A stretch of DNA of 64,000 bases, taken from Macrostomum lignano. Taxonomy: Eukaryota. The position numbers and the translations under genes were made by a program. The notes under the pieces were generated by a model. The model was not told the DNA's origin, did no database searches, and saw nothing but the letters and a program-made list of their open reading frames with translations. Of this stretch, positions 48,101-61,700 are shown one piece after another. The stretch's first letter is position 1. Each line of letters begins with the position of its first letter. The DNA lies in contig NIVC01000746.1 of assembly GCA_002269645.1 (NCBI GenBank), positions 62,001 to 126,000 of the forward strand. The letters run 5' to 3'.

Positions 48101-49419
48101 TAAAGTCGCTCAGTTAAGCCGCTTATGTAGGGCGGCGATTCTGAGACAAAGGGAAATGGCAAGTATTTTGATTACCTATACTCTCCAACTTGCCAGGTCG
48201 CCAACAAGAGGCTGCAGCCGCCAACACGACCGCTTCTTGGTACGACAAGGCCAACGAGAATGCGGTGAGGCCGGATTTCATTCCTGTTCATAACAAAGAA
48301 AGGAATAAAAATATTAATATGGAATCCTAAGGAAAATGATGCCTAAAGCAAGAAAAGCATCAGCTCTGAAAGCCAGATATCTAGCCTAAGATACCAGCAC
48401 CCACAGTGGGCTTTGGCATCAAGGCCTCTCTTTAAGCCCTGACTCTAACTCGCACTTTGATGCTTTGGCCAACCAAAAACTTCCAATTAACCCTCGGGGT
48501 TGTAGCCTAGTGGTTAAAGCATAGGACTCAGGAATGAAGGTTGGGGGTTCGATTCCCGATCCCACAGGAACAATTTGTGTCCTTGAGCAAGACGCTTAAC
48601 TCTGCATTGCTTCAGTTCACCTAGCTGTAAAATGGGTGCCCTCTCTTGTATGTACACTCTCTGTGCCTGGGGGTTGGTCCTCATGGGTGTGACAACCCTT
48701 GGCTAATTTTCGTGCATCGAAACCGGGGTTACTATGAAGCGAGAGTCGGACGTGTTAAACTTGCTCCACCCCTCTAAGCCAGCCAACCAGAGCCGTGGAC
48801 TCAGTTCAACTGCTTCCAATTGCCGCAGGCGGACGACCCAGCTGAGTCCACCATGCTGCGCTGCCAGCCAGACATTCTGAAGTCGGCCACCACCGGCAGA
48901 GGCCAGAAGCTGCAGCAGCGGCAGCAGCACCAGGAAGGCTCGTCGGGATTCTACCACTGCGCCACCATGGCCATAGACAACTCGAGACCGAGCGGCTCCG
49001 CTAGGCGCGGCGGCGGGTCTCGCGGGTCGCTGGTTCGATTCCCCAGCATCGGCTACCTGCAGGCATTGGCCGGGGCTGATGCGGATGCCGAAGGCGGCAG
49101 CTACGCGCCTGTCTATGGCAAAAACTACTCGGAGCGGCTGCCCCGCAAAGTGTACGCCACCGCCGCCGCGGCGTCCAGGCTGCCTACGGAAGCTGCAGCA
49201 GCAGAGGAGGAGCCAAGGAAACCGGAAGAATCCTCTAGTAGCAGCAAAACTCTGCTGCACAAGATGGAGGTCCAGCAGCAGCAGCAGCAGCAGCAGAGAG
49301 GCTTCGACCCTCACGGCTACGCCATGCTGACTGACCCCGCCTCGTCGACTCCGACGGGAGCAACCGTTGCTGTGGCAACCGTGTGCAAAACTCCGTACAT
49401 GACCTCGAGCTTTGTGTAA
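45198..49419 (+). CDS. Protocadherin with 7 EC repeats (delta1-like), about 1088 aa
   Basis: Exons 45198-47805, 48197-48264 and 48829-49419 (GT-AG, phase-compatible). Signal peptide; EC1 with LDREALC…C; six Ca-binding linkers (DVNDQRP, DTNDNRP, DCNDHYP, DENDNSP, DEDDSPP, DVNDNPP); TM HVLILLCLAGVVFLVFVLLLGVLVYV; low-complexity cytoplasmic tail. Confidence 0.93.
48496..48640 (+). mobile_element. tRNA-derived CORE-SINE in protocadherin intron 2
   Basis: A-box TAGCCTAGTGG, B-box GGTTCGATTCC, then TGTGTCCTTGAGCAAGACGCTTAAC…CTTCAGTT…CTGTAAAATGGG, which aligns with the MIR/CORE consensus as recalled. Confidence 0.75.
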
Positions 49420-49576
49420 CTATTAGCTAATATAGAGCTACCGTTTGTTACTCTTTAGCTTATCTTATGCCAGCAAAATTCTTTGCAATGATGTATTATC
49501 ACATGATTATTGTTTGATGCGCCAACTTTCGAAACCATGACATTCAAAGATATTCCTTCGTTACTATAGATTATAT

Positions 49577-49594
49577 ATAGATAGACAGATAGAT

Positions 49595-49632
<38 letters not shown>

Positions 49633-49633
49633 C

Positions 49634-49671
<38 letters not shown>

Positions 49672-49773
49672 GTAGATAGATAGATAGACAGATAGATAGA
49701 CAGATAGATAGATAGATAGATAGGTAGACAGACAGATAGATAGACAGATAGATAGATAGATAGATAGACAGAC

Positions 49774-49823
<50 letters not shown>

Positions 49824-49824
49824 G

Positions 49825-49911
<87 letters not shown>

Positions 49912-49912
49912 G

Positions 49913-49943
<31 letters not shown>
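49577..49943. repeat. (GATA)n microsatellite with GACA/GGTA variants
   Basis: Direct reading. Confidence 0.97.
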
Positions 49944-51084
49944 CAGAGCATAACTCAGCCAGTCCATGTTGAGTTCTCGCTCGCCCAGAAACACCATAAA
50001 GCGAGGAGCCCAAATTCCGCCATCAAAATTTCCGGCTTGGCAAAATTAATCCCCCTCACCTGCACCAAAAGCCCAAGACAAAAACAGGCCGGGCGTCCCT
50101 GGCTGCGCGTCAGGTTTTATTTACGACCCGGCCCGGGCGTCCCGCGGGCGGTGGGGGAGGGGCGGCGGCAGCGGCTTTGATATCTCCGGGACCGTCCGTA
50201 CCCCAGATGAGCCCCACAGCAAACTCTTCGCGGCACATATTTGCGGTATGATGAAGCTCGGCAGACTCCCGCTCGCGGTAAACCGGTCCATAAAAATGTA
50301 CCGCCAATCTCAGCGAGGAAGTCGGGGATTAATTTCCCAGTCTTATTGGACTAACAGCCAGCCCGGAAGTTCACCTGGGCCTAATTGCCATCATCGCTCT
50401 AACGTCTTCTCAATGGAGAAAGTTGCATAAATAATCTACGCTGGAATTCAGCAGCCGATTAAGTGGCAGAGATGAAGACAAATGGAAGCTGGAGATCCTG
50501 TCCAGTGGAGTATTGAATCAGGAAGCGGCGTTTGGGGGGGCAAGCAAGAGACAAATGATGGCGCGGCAGTGGAACAGGCAGGGAGCTGAGAAGAGCTCAA
50601 CCGGCTTAACCCGAAACTCCAGCCCCCATTGTCCCAGCAGTGGCCGGGGGACCCTTCAGTTCAGCAGTTTTAGCAGCAGCTCCCTCCGCCATTCACTTTT
50701 TATTTTGCATGCATCGGTCTGCCACCTGCCGTGCTGGGGACCGGGGATCGATCGCTCCTCCGCAGAGCCAAGCACTTCACCTGCGGGCGGCGGCTGGGGG
50801 GGGAGGCGTAACACTTCTGACACCTTGAAGAGAACAAAGGGATGAATTTTTTGTTGAGGACAGCAGCCGGGGTGGAGAGGGAAAATTGAGACTGGAGGAT
50901 GCTGAGAGATGAGGGGTGGGGGAAACAATGAAGGGGTCGAAGTGAGGGACGGCGTCAAGCAGTGCCAAGCCTGTGGGGCAAACTTTCAAAGCTCAAGATG
51001 CAGGCATATGGGATCGTGAGCTGAGGGAGGACTGGAGAGTAAGGGAAGACTGGAGGTGAGTTAGACGGTTGGAGAAAAAGAAGG

Positions 51085-51620
51085 AAATAATTAGCAGAGA
51101 AGAGAAGAGAGATCAGAGAGGTAGGACTAGACGAGGGAGATCAGAGATCAGAGAGTAGAGAATATCAGGGAGATGGGAGTATAGAAAGGAGATCGGAGAG
51201 ATGAGAGTAGACAAGGGAGATCAGAGAGATGAGAGTAGAGAAGGGAGATCAGAGAGATGAGAGTAGAGAAGAGAGATCAGAGAGATGAGAGTAGAGATGG
51301 GAGATCAGAAAGATGAGAGTAGAGAATATCAGAGAGATGGGAGTATAGAAAGGAGATCGGAGAGATGAGAGTAGACAAGGGAGATCAGAGAGATGAGAGT
51401 AGAGAAGGGAGATCAGAGAGATGAGAGTAGAGAAGAGAGATCAGAGAGATGAGAGTAGAGAAGGGAGATCAGAGAGATGAGAGTAGAGAAGGGAGATCAG
51501 AGAGATGAGAGTAGAGAAGAGAGATCAGAGACATGAGAGTAGATAAGGGAGATCAGAGAGATGAGAGTAGAGAAGGGAGATCAGAGAGATGAGAGTAAAG
51601 AAGGGAGATCAGAGAGATGT
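51085..51620. repeat. About 28-bp purine-rich minisatellite (GAGATCAGAGAGATGAGAGTAGAGAAGG)
   Basis: About 17 tandem units. Confidence 0.9.
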
Positions 51621-52235
51621 AAGGCGGCAGAAGTTTAGATAAAAATGGCACAAAGGGGAAATTACAAGATTACGGAAAAGATTAAGCTCCCCGCTTGATC
51701 CCCTATAGAGAGTGCTGCACTACACAGCTGGCTACTGGGACCCCGCTGGCACTCATAGAGTTGGAGGGCAATAAAAATTCTCACACCCGAGGACACGGGG
51801 ACCAGCAGCAGCTACCCCCCCCCCCCCCCAGCTAGCAGCAGTCACGGGGCCAACTGTGCGCTCTGGATTTATCTACTCATCCAGAGAACAATGCAAGTCC
51901 CAACAATCCCAGGTAAGGGGCCGGTCCTCTCCCTCAACTTGAGTCCCGCAGCTTGGGTCTGAAAGACAAATGCGGGTGTGGGGTTTTAGCCCCCATGCAG
52001 CCTCTCTGACAGCCGACTGAGCGCTGGCCATTAGGGATTTAATCTGGGAGAATGCGGCTGATGGTGGGGATGCCGGGAGCCGCGCTGGCGCCAGGTGCAG
52101 ACAATAAAACGCTGTTTTTGCGGATGCCACAAATCAAAAGCAATAAAACCTGACTGGACTGTTTATGATGCGCCAAGCCAGGTAAACACTGGCAAATCTT
52201 CTCAACGATGGTAGAGCAAAGAGTGAGGAGGAGAC

Positions 52236-54190
52236 AATCTCCCATAGCAGCGATTCCACAATCTCCCATAGCAGAGATTCCACAATCTCCCATAGCAGCG
52301 ATTCCACAATCCACAGCAGCGATTACACAATCTCCCACAGCAGAGATTCCACAATCTCCCACAGCAGAGATTCCACAATCTCCCACAGAGACAGCAGCGA
52401 TTCCACAATCTCCCACAGCAGAGATTCCACAATCTCCCACAGCAGCGATTCCACAATCTCCCACAGAGACAGCAGCGATTCCACAATCTCCCACAGCAGC
52501 GATTCCACAATCTCCCACAGAGACAGCAGCGATTCCACAATCTCCCACAGCAGCGATTACACAATCTCCCACAGAGACAGCAGCGATTACACAATCTCCC
52601 ACAGCAGCGATTCCACAATCTCCCACAGAGACAGCAGAGATTCCACAATCTCCCACAGAGACAGCAGAGATTCCACAATCTCCCACAGAGACAGCAGCGA
52701 TTCCACAATCTCCCACAGCAGAGATTCCACAATCTCCCACAGCAGAGATTCCACAATTTCCCACAGAGACAGCAGCGATTCCACAATCTCCCACAGCAGC
52801 GATTCCACAATCTCCCACAGAGACAGCAGCGATTCCACAATCTCCCACAGAGACAGCAGCGATTCCACAATCTCCCACAGAGACAGCAGCGATTCCACAA
52901 TCTCCCACAGCAGCGATTCCACAATCTCCCACAGCAGAGATTCCACAATCTCCCACAGAGACAGCAGCGATTCCACAATCTCCCACAGCAGCGATTCCAC
53001 AATCTCCCACAGAGACAGCAGCGATTCCACAATCTCCCACAGCAGCGATTCCACAATCTCCCACAGAGACAGCAGAGATTCCAAATCTCCCACAGAGACA
53101 GCAGCGATTACACAATCTCCCACAGAGACAGCAGCGATTACACAATCTCCCACAGAGACAGCAGCGATTCCACAATCTCCCACAGCAGAGATTCCACAAT
53201 CTCCCACAGCAGAGATTCCACAATCTCCCACAGAGACAGCAGCGATTCCACAATCTCCCACAGCAGCGATTCCACAATCTCCCACAGAGACAGCAGCGAT
53301 TACACAATCTCCCACAGAGACAGCAGCGATTCCACAATCTCCCACAGAGACAGCAGCGATTACACAATCTCCCACAGAGACAGCAGCGATTACACAATCT
53401 CCCACAGAGACAGCAGCGATTCCACAATCTCCCACAGCAGAGATTCCACAATCTCCCACAGCAGAGATTCCACAATCTCCCACAGAGACAGCAGCGATTC
53501 CACAATCTCCCACAGCAGCGATTCCACAATCTCCCACAGAGACAGCAGCGATTACACAATCTCCCACAGAGACAGCAGCGATTCCACAATCTCCCACAGA
53601 GACAGCAGCGATTACACAATCTCCCACAGAGACAGCAGCGATTACACAATCTCCCACAGAGACAGCAGCGATTCCACAATCTCCCACAGCAGAGATTCCA
53701 CAATCTCCCACAGCAGAGATTCCACAATCTCCCACAGAGACAGCAGCGATTCCACAATCTCCCACAGCAGAGATTCCACAATCTCCCACAGAGACAGCAG
53801 CGATTCCACAATCTCCCACAGCAGCGATTCCACAATCTCCCACAGCAGAGATTCCACAATCTCCCACAGCAGAGATTCCACAATCTCCCACAGAGACAGC
53901 AGCGATTCCACAATCTCCCACAGCAGAGATTCCACAATCTCCCACAGAGACAGCAGCGATTCCACAATCTCCCACAGCAGCGATTCCACAATCTCCCACA
54001 GAGACAGCGGAGATTCCACAATCTCCCACAGAGACAGCAGCGATTCCACAATCTCCCACAGAGACAGCAGCGATTACACAATCTGCCACAGAGACAGCAG
54101 CGATTCCACAATCTCCCACAGAGACAGCAGCGATTACACAATCTGCCACAGAGACAGCAGCGATTACACAATCTCCCACAGAGACAGCAG
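52236..54190. repeat. 2-kb mosaic minisatellite of interleaved 24-bp and 30-bp units (ATTCCACAATCTCCCACAG[AGACAG]CAGCG)
   Basis: Two length variants differing by a 6-bp insert; 1-bp deletion near 53085. Confidence 0.95.
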
Positions 54191-54857
54191 CTACTGAACA
54201 TAGTTCCAATGGGTTAGTGGACATTTCAAATCCCCAGCAAAACATCTAGGTACATCTAGGTACTAAATAACATTCAATCTTTTCAATTTAAAAACACTCT
54301 TAAACATAATAGCATTCTCATTCAGCCAAACAACAACTTACTTCAAGCACACAAACGTTTCAGCAGTGCAGATAGCTCACGTATTAGAAATCATTGACAT
54401 CGCCTCTCATACTTGAGTTTCATCCATGCAGCAATGGAGTATCAACTAGGGCTGCTCAGTCAGCTATAACAAGAGGAATCCAATGCACACACAAGCACTC
54501 ATGAAACAAAAATGGGTAAAAAAAGCGCCGATGCATATCAACTCGGCCTCTTCACTCACCTGAGCTAAAAACACACAAGAGAGGCACTTCTAGCTGTAAT
54601 GGCCCTCCTGTTTTACGTCTGCTGCAATCAAGGCAGCAGTGACACTCCAGCTTAGCCTACGAGTTGTTTAAGTCTGGCTTGTATTCGATCAAAAGAAAAT
54701 ACGAGCAACCGTGTAGATATGCATAATTGCGTCAGCTAAAAACCTCACTTTTAGCCGACTATCATTATCTAGGCATTTAAACATGGCATCTGAATACCTT
54801 TGTGTCCCCTTACCTTACCCTAGCGCTCTCTTACACTCTCGCCATATACACTATCTA

Positions 54858-55395
54858 CTCACTCCCCTGCCTACTCAATCTGTCTACTCACTCCCCTGCC
54901 TACTCAATCTGTCTACTCACTCCCCTGCCTACTCAATCTGTCTGCTCACTCCCCTGCCTACTCAATCTGTCTGCTCACTCCCCTGCCTACCCAATCTGTC
55001 TACTCACTCCCCTGCCTACCCAATCTGTCTACTCACTCCCCTGCCTACCCAATCTGTCTACTCACTCCCCTGCCTACTCAATCTGTCTACTCACTCCCCT
55101 GCCTACTCAATCTGTCTACTCACTCCCCTGCCTACTCAATCTGTCTACTCACTCCCCTGCCTACTCAATCTGTCTGCTCACTCCCCTGCCTACTCAATCT
55201 GTCTGCTCACTCCCCTGCCTACCCAATCTGTCTACTCACTCCCCTGCCTACCCAATCTGTCTACTCACTCCCCTGCCTACTCAATCTGTCTGCTCACTCC
55301 CCTGCCTACTCAATCTGTTTACTCACTCCCCTCCCTACTCAATCTGTCTGCTCACTCCCCTGCCTACTCAATCTGTCTACTCACTCCCCTGCCTA
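54858..55395. repeat. 29-bp minisatellite (CTACTCAATCTGTCTACTCACTCCCCTGC)
   Basis: About 18 tandem units. Confidence 0.95.
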
Positions 55396-56019
55396 CACCC
55401 TGCTAGCTTTTCAACAGGTAAAAAGCTGTATTCCAAATAACAATTCATTCGCAGTGTAAAAAAAGCATGAACTCTAGCGATGATTCACTGTGAATGAAAC
55501 GAAAACCATCAGTCCGTGAATTTCTAAACTCAGCAAGGGTTCTCCTGCTCGGATAGATGATTGACAAGCTGCTGAATTGGAAGCTGATTGAATGACAAGT
55601 CAATAATAAGTGCACAATAGCAAAATAGTTTTCGAAAGCCAATAAAACAATCACTATGCACATATTTTCTGCGAGAGGGAAAAAATTTATGGCTAACTAC
55701 CGCGGAACTGGTGGTAGCCAATGTATCATTTATTTAATATATCCTATTTGATAGCCTACAGTTAATATAATACGATAGCAGAGTGATCACTGCAAGTCAA
55801 TTCAATTATAACAAAGAGCTACAATTTCTAATAGTAAATATAGCGAAGTTTTATGTGTTTGTTTTTCTGCGTGCTACTGTAGTTGAATAACCAATGCTAA
55901 TTCTAACATCTGTGGTTCTGGTATTTGAAGATTACTTACAGGCAAACAATGGGTTATTGGGAATAGAGAACCAAGTTTACACTTTGCTATCACCCTAGTA
56001 CAGAGAGTGACATCGTTTA

Positions 56020-57420
56020 CGCAGACAGAGTGACATCACCCCAACACTCTGAGTGACACCACCCCAACACTCTGAGTGACATCACCCCAGCACTCTGAGT
56101 GACACCACCCCAGCACTCTGAGTGACATCACCCCAGCACTCTGAGTGACATCACCCAAGCACTCTGAATGACCTCACCCAAGCACTCCGAATGACCTCAC
56201 CCAAGCACTCCGAATGACCTCACCCAAGCACTCCGAATGACCTCACCCAAGCACTCCGAATGACCTCACCCAAGCACTCCGAATGACCTCACCCAAGCAC
56301 TCCGATTGACCTCACCCAAGCACTCTGAATGACCTCACCCAAGCACTCCGAATGACCTCACCCAAGCACTCCGAATGACCTCACCCAAGCACTCCGAATG
56401 ACCTCACCCAAGCACTCCGAATGACCTCACCCAAGCACTCCGAATGACCTCACCCAAGCACTCCGATTGACCTCACCCAAGCACTCTGAATGACCTCACC
56501 CAAGCACTCCGAATGACCTCACCCAAGCACTCCGAATGACCTCACCCAAGCACTCCGAATGACCTCACCCAAGCACTCCGAATGACCTCACCCAAGCACT
56601 CCGAATGACCTCACCCAAGCACTCCGAATGACCTCACCCAAGCACTCCGAATGACCTCACCCAAGCACTCTGAGTGACCTCACCCAAGCACTCTGAGTGA
56701 CCTCACCCAAGCACTCTGAATGACATCACCCAAGCACTCTGAATGACATCACCCAAGCACTCCGAATGACCTCACCCAAGCACTCCGATTGACCTCACCC
56801 AAGCACTCTGAATGACCTCACCCAAGCACTCCGAATGACCTCACCCAAGCACTCCGAATGACCTCACCCAAGCACTCCGAATGACCTCACCCAAGCACTC
56901 CGAATGACCTCACCCAAGCACTCCGAATGACCTCACCCAAGCACTCCGAATGACCTCACCCAAGCACTCCGAATGACCTCACCCAAGCACTCCGAATGAC
57001 CTCACCCAAGCACTCCGAATGACCTCACCCAAGCACTCCGAATGACCTCACCCAAGCACTCCGAATGACCTCACCCAAGCACTCCGAATGACCTCACCCA
57101 AGCACTCTGAGTGACCTCACCCAAGCACTCTGAATGACATCACCCAAGCACTCCGATTGACCTCACCCAAGCACTCTGAGTGACCTCACCCAAGCACTCT
57201 GAATGACATCACCCAAGCACTCCGAATGACCTCACCCAAGCACTCCGAATGACCTCACCCAAGCACTTCGAATGACCTCACCCAAGCACTCCGAATGACC
57301 TCACCCAAGCACTCTGAGTGACCTCACCCAAGCACTCTGAATGACATCACCCAAGCACTCTGAATGACCTCACCCGAGTGATTTCATCTAAGCACACAGA
57401 GTGACATCACCCCAGCACTC
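56020..57420. repeat. 23-bp minisatellite (CCCAAGCACTCCGAATGACCTCA)
   Basis: About 58 units; the edge units are more diverged (GAGTGACATCACCCC). Confidence 0.95.
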
Positions 57421-57540
57421 CCGAGTGCCTGTAAAAGTACATCTCAACTAAAGCTACCCCAAACCCACGCAACAAGCCAGTCTGAAAGTACAAGAAATGA
57501 ATTCGGTCAAAGTTCAGACATCCTCCATCTCCTGCGGCAC

Positions 57541-57878
57541 CTGCATGTTGATTCGCGATACGGGTGCAGCGGCAGCAGTCCCGGCTCGGTAGGCGGCTTC
57601 GGCAACTGCTGCAGATTGGGATAATATTTATTCCTGTAGGCTCGCAAATCTTCCCAATTGTAGGCCGGCGCGTTCTCCTCCGTGACATTGACATCCTGCG
57701 GCCTGGCAACAAAGTAATAGTGCCTGAATGGCACAATGGTCTCTGGCGGCAGCTGCAGGCACTTGGCTCGCCTATAGGCGTAGAAGCCAAGAGCGCCGAC
57801 CACAATTGGCACAGTGTAGAACAGGTGCGGAGCCCGGGTGGCGAATTGCTTGAGAAGTTCGTTGACTCGGGCCAGCAT
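57541..57878 (-). CDS. First coding exon of an uncharacterised gene, head-to-head with the calmodulin-like gene
   Basis: Acceptor CTGCAG immediately before CCATG; open frame MLARVNELLKQFATRAPHLFYTVPIVVGALGFYAYRRAK…NWEDLRAYRNKYYP… with one TM-like segment; GT donor at 57540. Downstream exons not resolved. Confidence 0.6.
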
Positions 57879-58745
57879 GGCTGCAGGCTGACGAGGCCAG
57901 AGGCATGAATCAACCAAGGCATCGGTAGGTTGAACGGGTCGGGTGGATTTAAAAAAATTCGTTACTTTCATTTCTAGGGAATTCTCGAGTGGGATCTGGC
58001 TCCGTTTCAGAGAATGATTTGGAGAATTATCCAGTGGAATTTCGGGTCAGTTCCAGAGAATGATTTGGGGAATTCTCCAGTAGAATTTCGGGTCAGTTCC
58101 AGAGAATGATTTGGGGAATTCTTGATGGTAGTTGCGAGATTCTAGTTCTCGGAAACATTTTCAAGGATTCTAGGCTACTTCATCAGATATTCTAAAGGGC
58201 TAAACTGACAAAACCATATCAGTTGAGGCTGAAGTAATTTCGGATAGTGCACGATTGTCTTTAACCATGTTATCCACACAGCTAATTTTTTAGTCGCAAA
58301 ATTGAGAAACCGGTAAAAGCTTTCCTTAGCTTAGTCTCTGTAGCATATTCTAATGAGAAACTTCTTTTTCAACTCGAGTGGTCTCTCCAATTATGTTTTT
58401 CATTCTGTTTCTTTTATCTAAGCGCGCCCAGTGCAATAAAATAAAAATGGCGCACACAGAAAAACTTGACTCGCATGAGTGGTCGGCTGAAAAGGGCCGG
58501 CGTATCGGCAACAATGCGACAGAGAAAGATGCGAAGAAACGCAACACCGCCTGTACACCAACAATAGGGAGCGAGAGAGCGCTAGCGGCAGAGCCGAGTC
58601 AAAATGGTAACAAAATGCAAGCAGCACTCGAGTAACACAAGCCGACCTCCTGAGCTTAGCGAAATTAAAAAGCACTGCTGTTGCTTCTGCTGCTGTAGAT
58701 TTGGTGTGACTGACTCAATTACACAGGTAAAGCCCAGGTAAAAAT

Positions 58746-61700
58746 ATGAGCAAAAAACCGGCCAAGAAGCAGAAGCAGCAAACGCCGGACGATGTAATGA
58801 GTAGCCTGACCCAGGAGCAGATTCACGAATACTACGAAGCTTTCTGCATGTACGACCACGACGGCAGCGGCACCATCGACACCTCGGAGCTGGCCATCAT
58901 CATGACCTCGTTGGGCCAGAACATCACTGAGCCTGAGCTCGAACGGTTGGTGCACGAAGTCGACGCTGATGGTGAGACTTGAGAGATGGGGCCAAAGTAG
59001 CTAATCGGTGGCAAATTATGAAAATCCAGTACTCCAATGAGGGTCACTGAGGAGCACTCCAGTTGCATTCCCGACTCCAATGAGGAGTCAATGAGGAGCA
59101 CTCCAGTTGCATTCCCGACTCCAACAAGAGGTCACTGAGGAGCACTCCAGTTGCATTCCCGACTCCAATGAGGAGTCAATGAGGAGCACTCCAGTTGCAT
59201 TCCGACTCCAACAAGAGGTCACTGAGGAGCACTCCAGTTGCATTCCCGACTCCAACAAGAGGTCACTGAGGAGCACTCCAGTTGCATTCCCGATTCTAAC
59301 AAGAGGTCACTGAGGAGCACTCCAGTTGCATTCCCGATTCTAACAAGAGGTCACTGAGCAGCACTCCAGTTGCATTCCCGATTCTAACAAGAGGTCACTG
59401 AGGAGCACTCCAGTTGCATTCCCGATTCTAACAAGAGGTCACTGAGGAGCACTCCAGTTGCATTCCCGACTCCAACAAGAGGTCACTGAGGAGCACTCCA
59501 GTTGCATTCCCGATTCTAACAAGAGGTCACTGAGGAGCACTCCAGTTGCATTCCCGATTCTAACAAGAGGTCACTGAGGAGCACTCCAGTTGCATTCCCG
59601 ATTCCAACAAGAGGTCACTGAGCAGCACTCCAGATGCATTCCCGATTCCAACAAGAGGACACTGAGGAGCACTCCAGTTGCATTCCCGATTCCAACAAGA
59701 GGTCACTGAGGAGCACTCCAGTTGCTCCTCCAGCACTCCAAGCAAAGACACTAAAGAAAATTTCTTTTCGAAGACACTTTAGTAACACAGCACCGATTTC
59801 TAAAATTTTGAGACATATCAAAGCAAAGAGATTGTGCTTTGTCAGGTGTTACAGTTGTCAAGAAAACTTTTTTAACTCCTACTTTACAGTACAGAAATAG
59901 GATAAGAAGGCAGATTAAGCAATAAAGCACCTGCATATATTACTAATCAATTTCAACAAGTACATTGCTTGAAGATTGTCCAAAGCATCAGAGACTTTGA
60001 TCTGAACTTCTGCAGATTAATTTATCGGTGTTGCACCATTTTGAAATTTACCAATCTGAACGGGTGCTCTATAAATTTTTATGCTTATCTCCCCTGTCAA
60101 TAATTGGGACTTTTGGCTGGCAGGTCTTAAAATTGGTGCCGGTCCGCTTCCGGTCCAAGTAAGCGGAGGTCCCCCAGGCTGAACTATAGTTTCTAATAAT
60201 TGCAAGTTAACACCGGTATTTTGGGGGAACCCAAACTCAAAGAAAGCATAAGCAGAGTTTAGCCAGCAATTTGAGACTCTTGACGCGTGTTTGAGGCAAG
60301 CCAAAAGCAAAGAACTCGTCAATGTTGAAAGATTGTATCCTTTTATTGCTAAATTCCGTCTCTATTAATGTGTTGGCACCAAATCTTGAGGCTAATAAAC
60401 CAGCACAGGCCTTTGTGATTCATAATAGGTCGCAGGAGAGGGCAAGATCAAGCATACAGAAAAAAGTGATTTGTGACTGCGCGTCACAGAGAGAAAAGTT
60501 AGATGGGAAAAGAAGATCAAGCAGAACCCACGCCCCCCCTGGTGAAAGATATCGAATTACGCGTAGGAGAGACTGGGAGGGGACGTCCAAACCTAAAGAG
60601 CCTGACTCTCTCCATCTATACAAAGCCTGGAAATGAATGAAATGCGAGATGAGTTGACAGACAGACGGACAGGTTTTAGTGACGAACTAGCCGTCCCTGT
60701 ATGGCAGTTTTAGTGCAAACTTATATGCTCAACTTTCAGTATGGCTTACGGCCAGGCTGCTGAGCTGGCTTCCAGCTTCCACGGCAAGAGGGAGTCAGAA
60801 TACCTTGGCTTAATCCTAATCCTAATCCTAGCAAAACCTACTGCTGTGCCCGGCCATGCTGCAGAGTAATAGCTGCACCCTCTAGAGATTAACCAACAGT
60901 CGACCATTCAAATCCTGGTGTCGATTCAAATCCTGGTTTTCTTCAACTCCCACTATCTCCCACAAGCTGCACAGCCTGCATGGCAACGTGCAAAAAACGG
61001 GGAAGATATCAGCTTTTTTATTCCTAGAAAGTTGACGTTTTTTTAAAAGAAACAAGTGCGTCACGTTTGAACAAAAATATATTATAGCTCTAAAAATTGA
61101 CACCGACGTTCCGTAGGAAGCGGCACCATCGATTTTCCCGAGTTCGTGTCGCTAATGGTGAATCACGTGAACAAACCGGTGACGAAAGAGGAGATTAAAA
61201 GCGCTTTTATGGTGTTCGACTTGGAGAAACGGGGTTACATCACCTCTGACGAGCTGCGGTGAGTGGCTTGTGGCCTCGGGGCCAGGGAATCAGGGAGGGT
61301 GGCATTGTGGCAGTCTGGACTGAGAATCAGTCAGGGAGGGTGACAGCATTGCCTAAGAATCAGTCAGGGAGGGTGACAGCATTGCCTAAGAATCAGTCAG
61401 GGAGGGTGACAGCATTGCCTAAGAATCAGTCAGGGAGGGTGACAGCATTGCCTGAGAATCAGTCAGGGAGGGTGACAGCATGGCCTGAGAATCAGTCAGG
61501 GAGGGTGACAGCATTGCCTGAGAATCAGTCAGGGAGGGTGACAGCATTGCCTGAGAATCAGTCAAGGAGGGTGACAGCATGACCTGAGAATCAGTCAAGG
61601 AGGGTGACAGCATGACCTAAGAATCAGTCAGGGAGGTTGCAGCATGACCTGAGAATCAGTCAAGGAGGGTGACAGCATGGCCTGAGAATCAGTCAGGGAG

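Noticed and set aside
52039-54245. Long ORFs (669-720 aa) with IPQSPT, Cys-rich or VGDCG repeats
   Set aside because: All arise from a minisatellite whose unit lengths are multiples of 3 and lack stops on both strands; an uncompensated 1-bp slip near 53085 changes the peptide; no signal peptide or unique domain.
59030-59725. Possible tandem hammerhead ribozymes (CTGAGGA followed by a short GCA…TGC stem)
   Set aside because: The required GAAA after stem II is absent (ATTCCC follows) and stems I and III cannot be formed.
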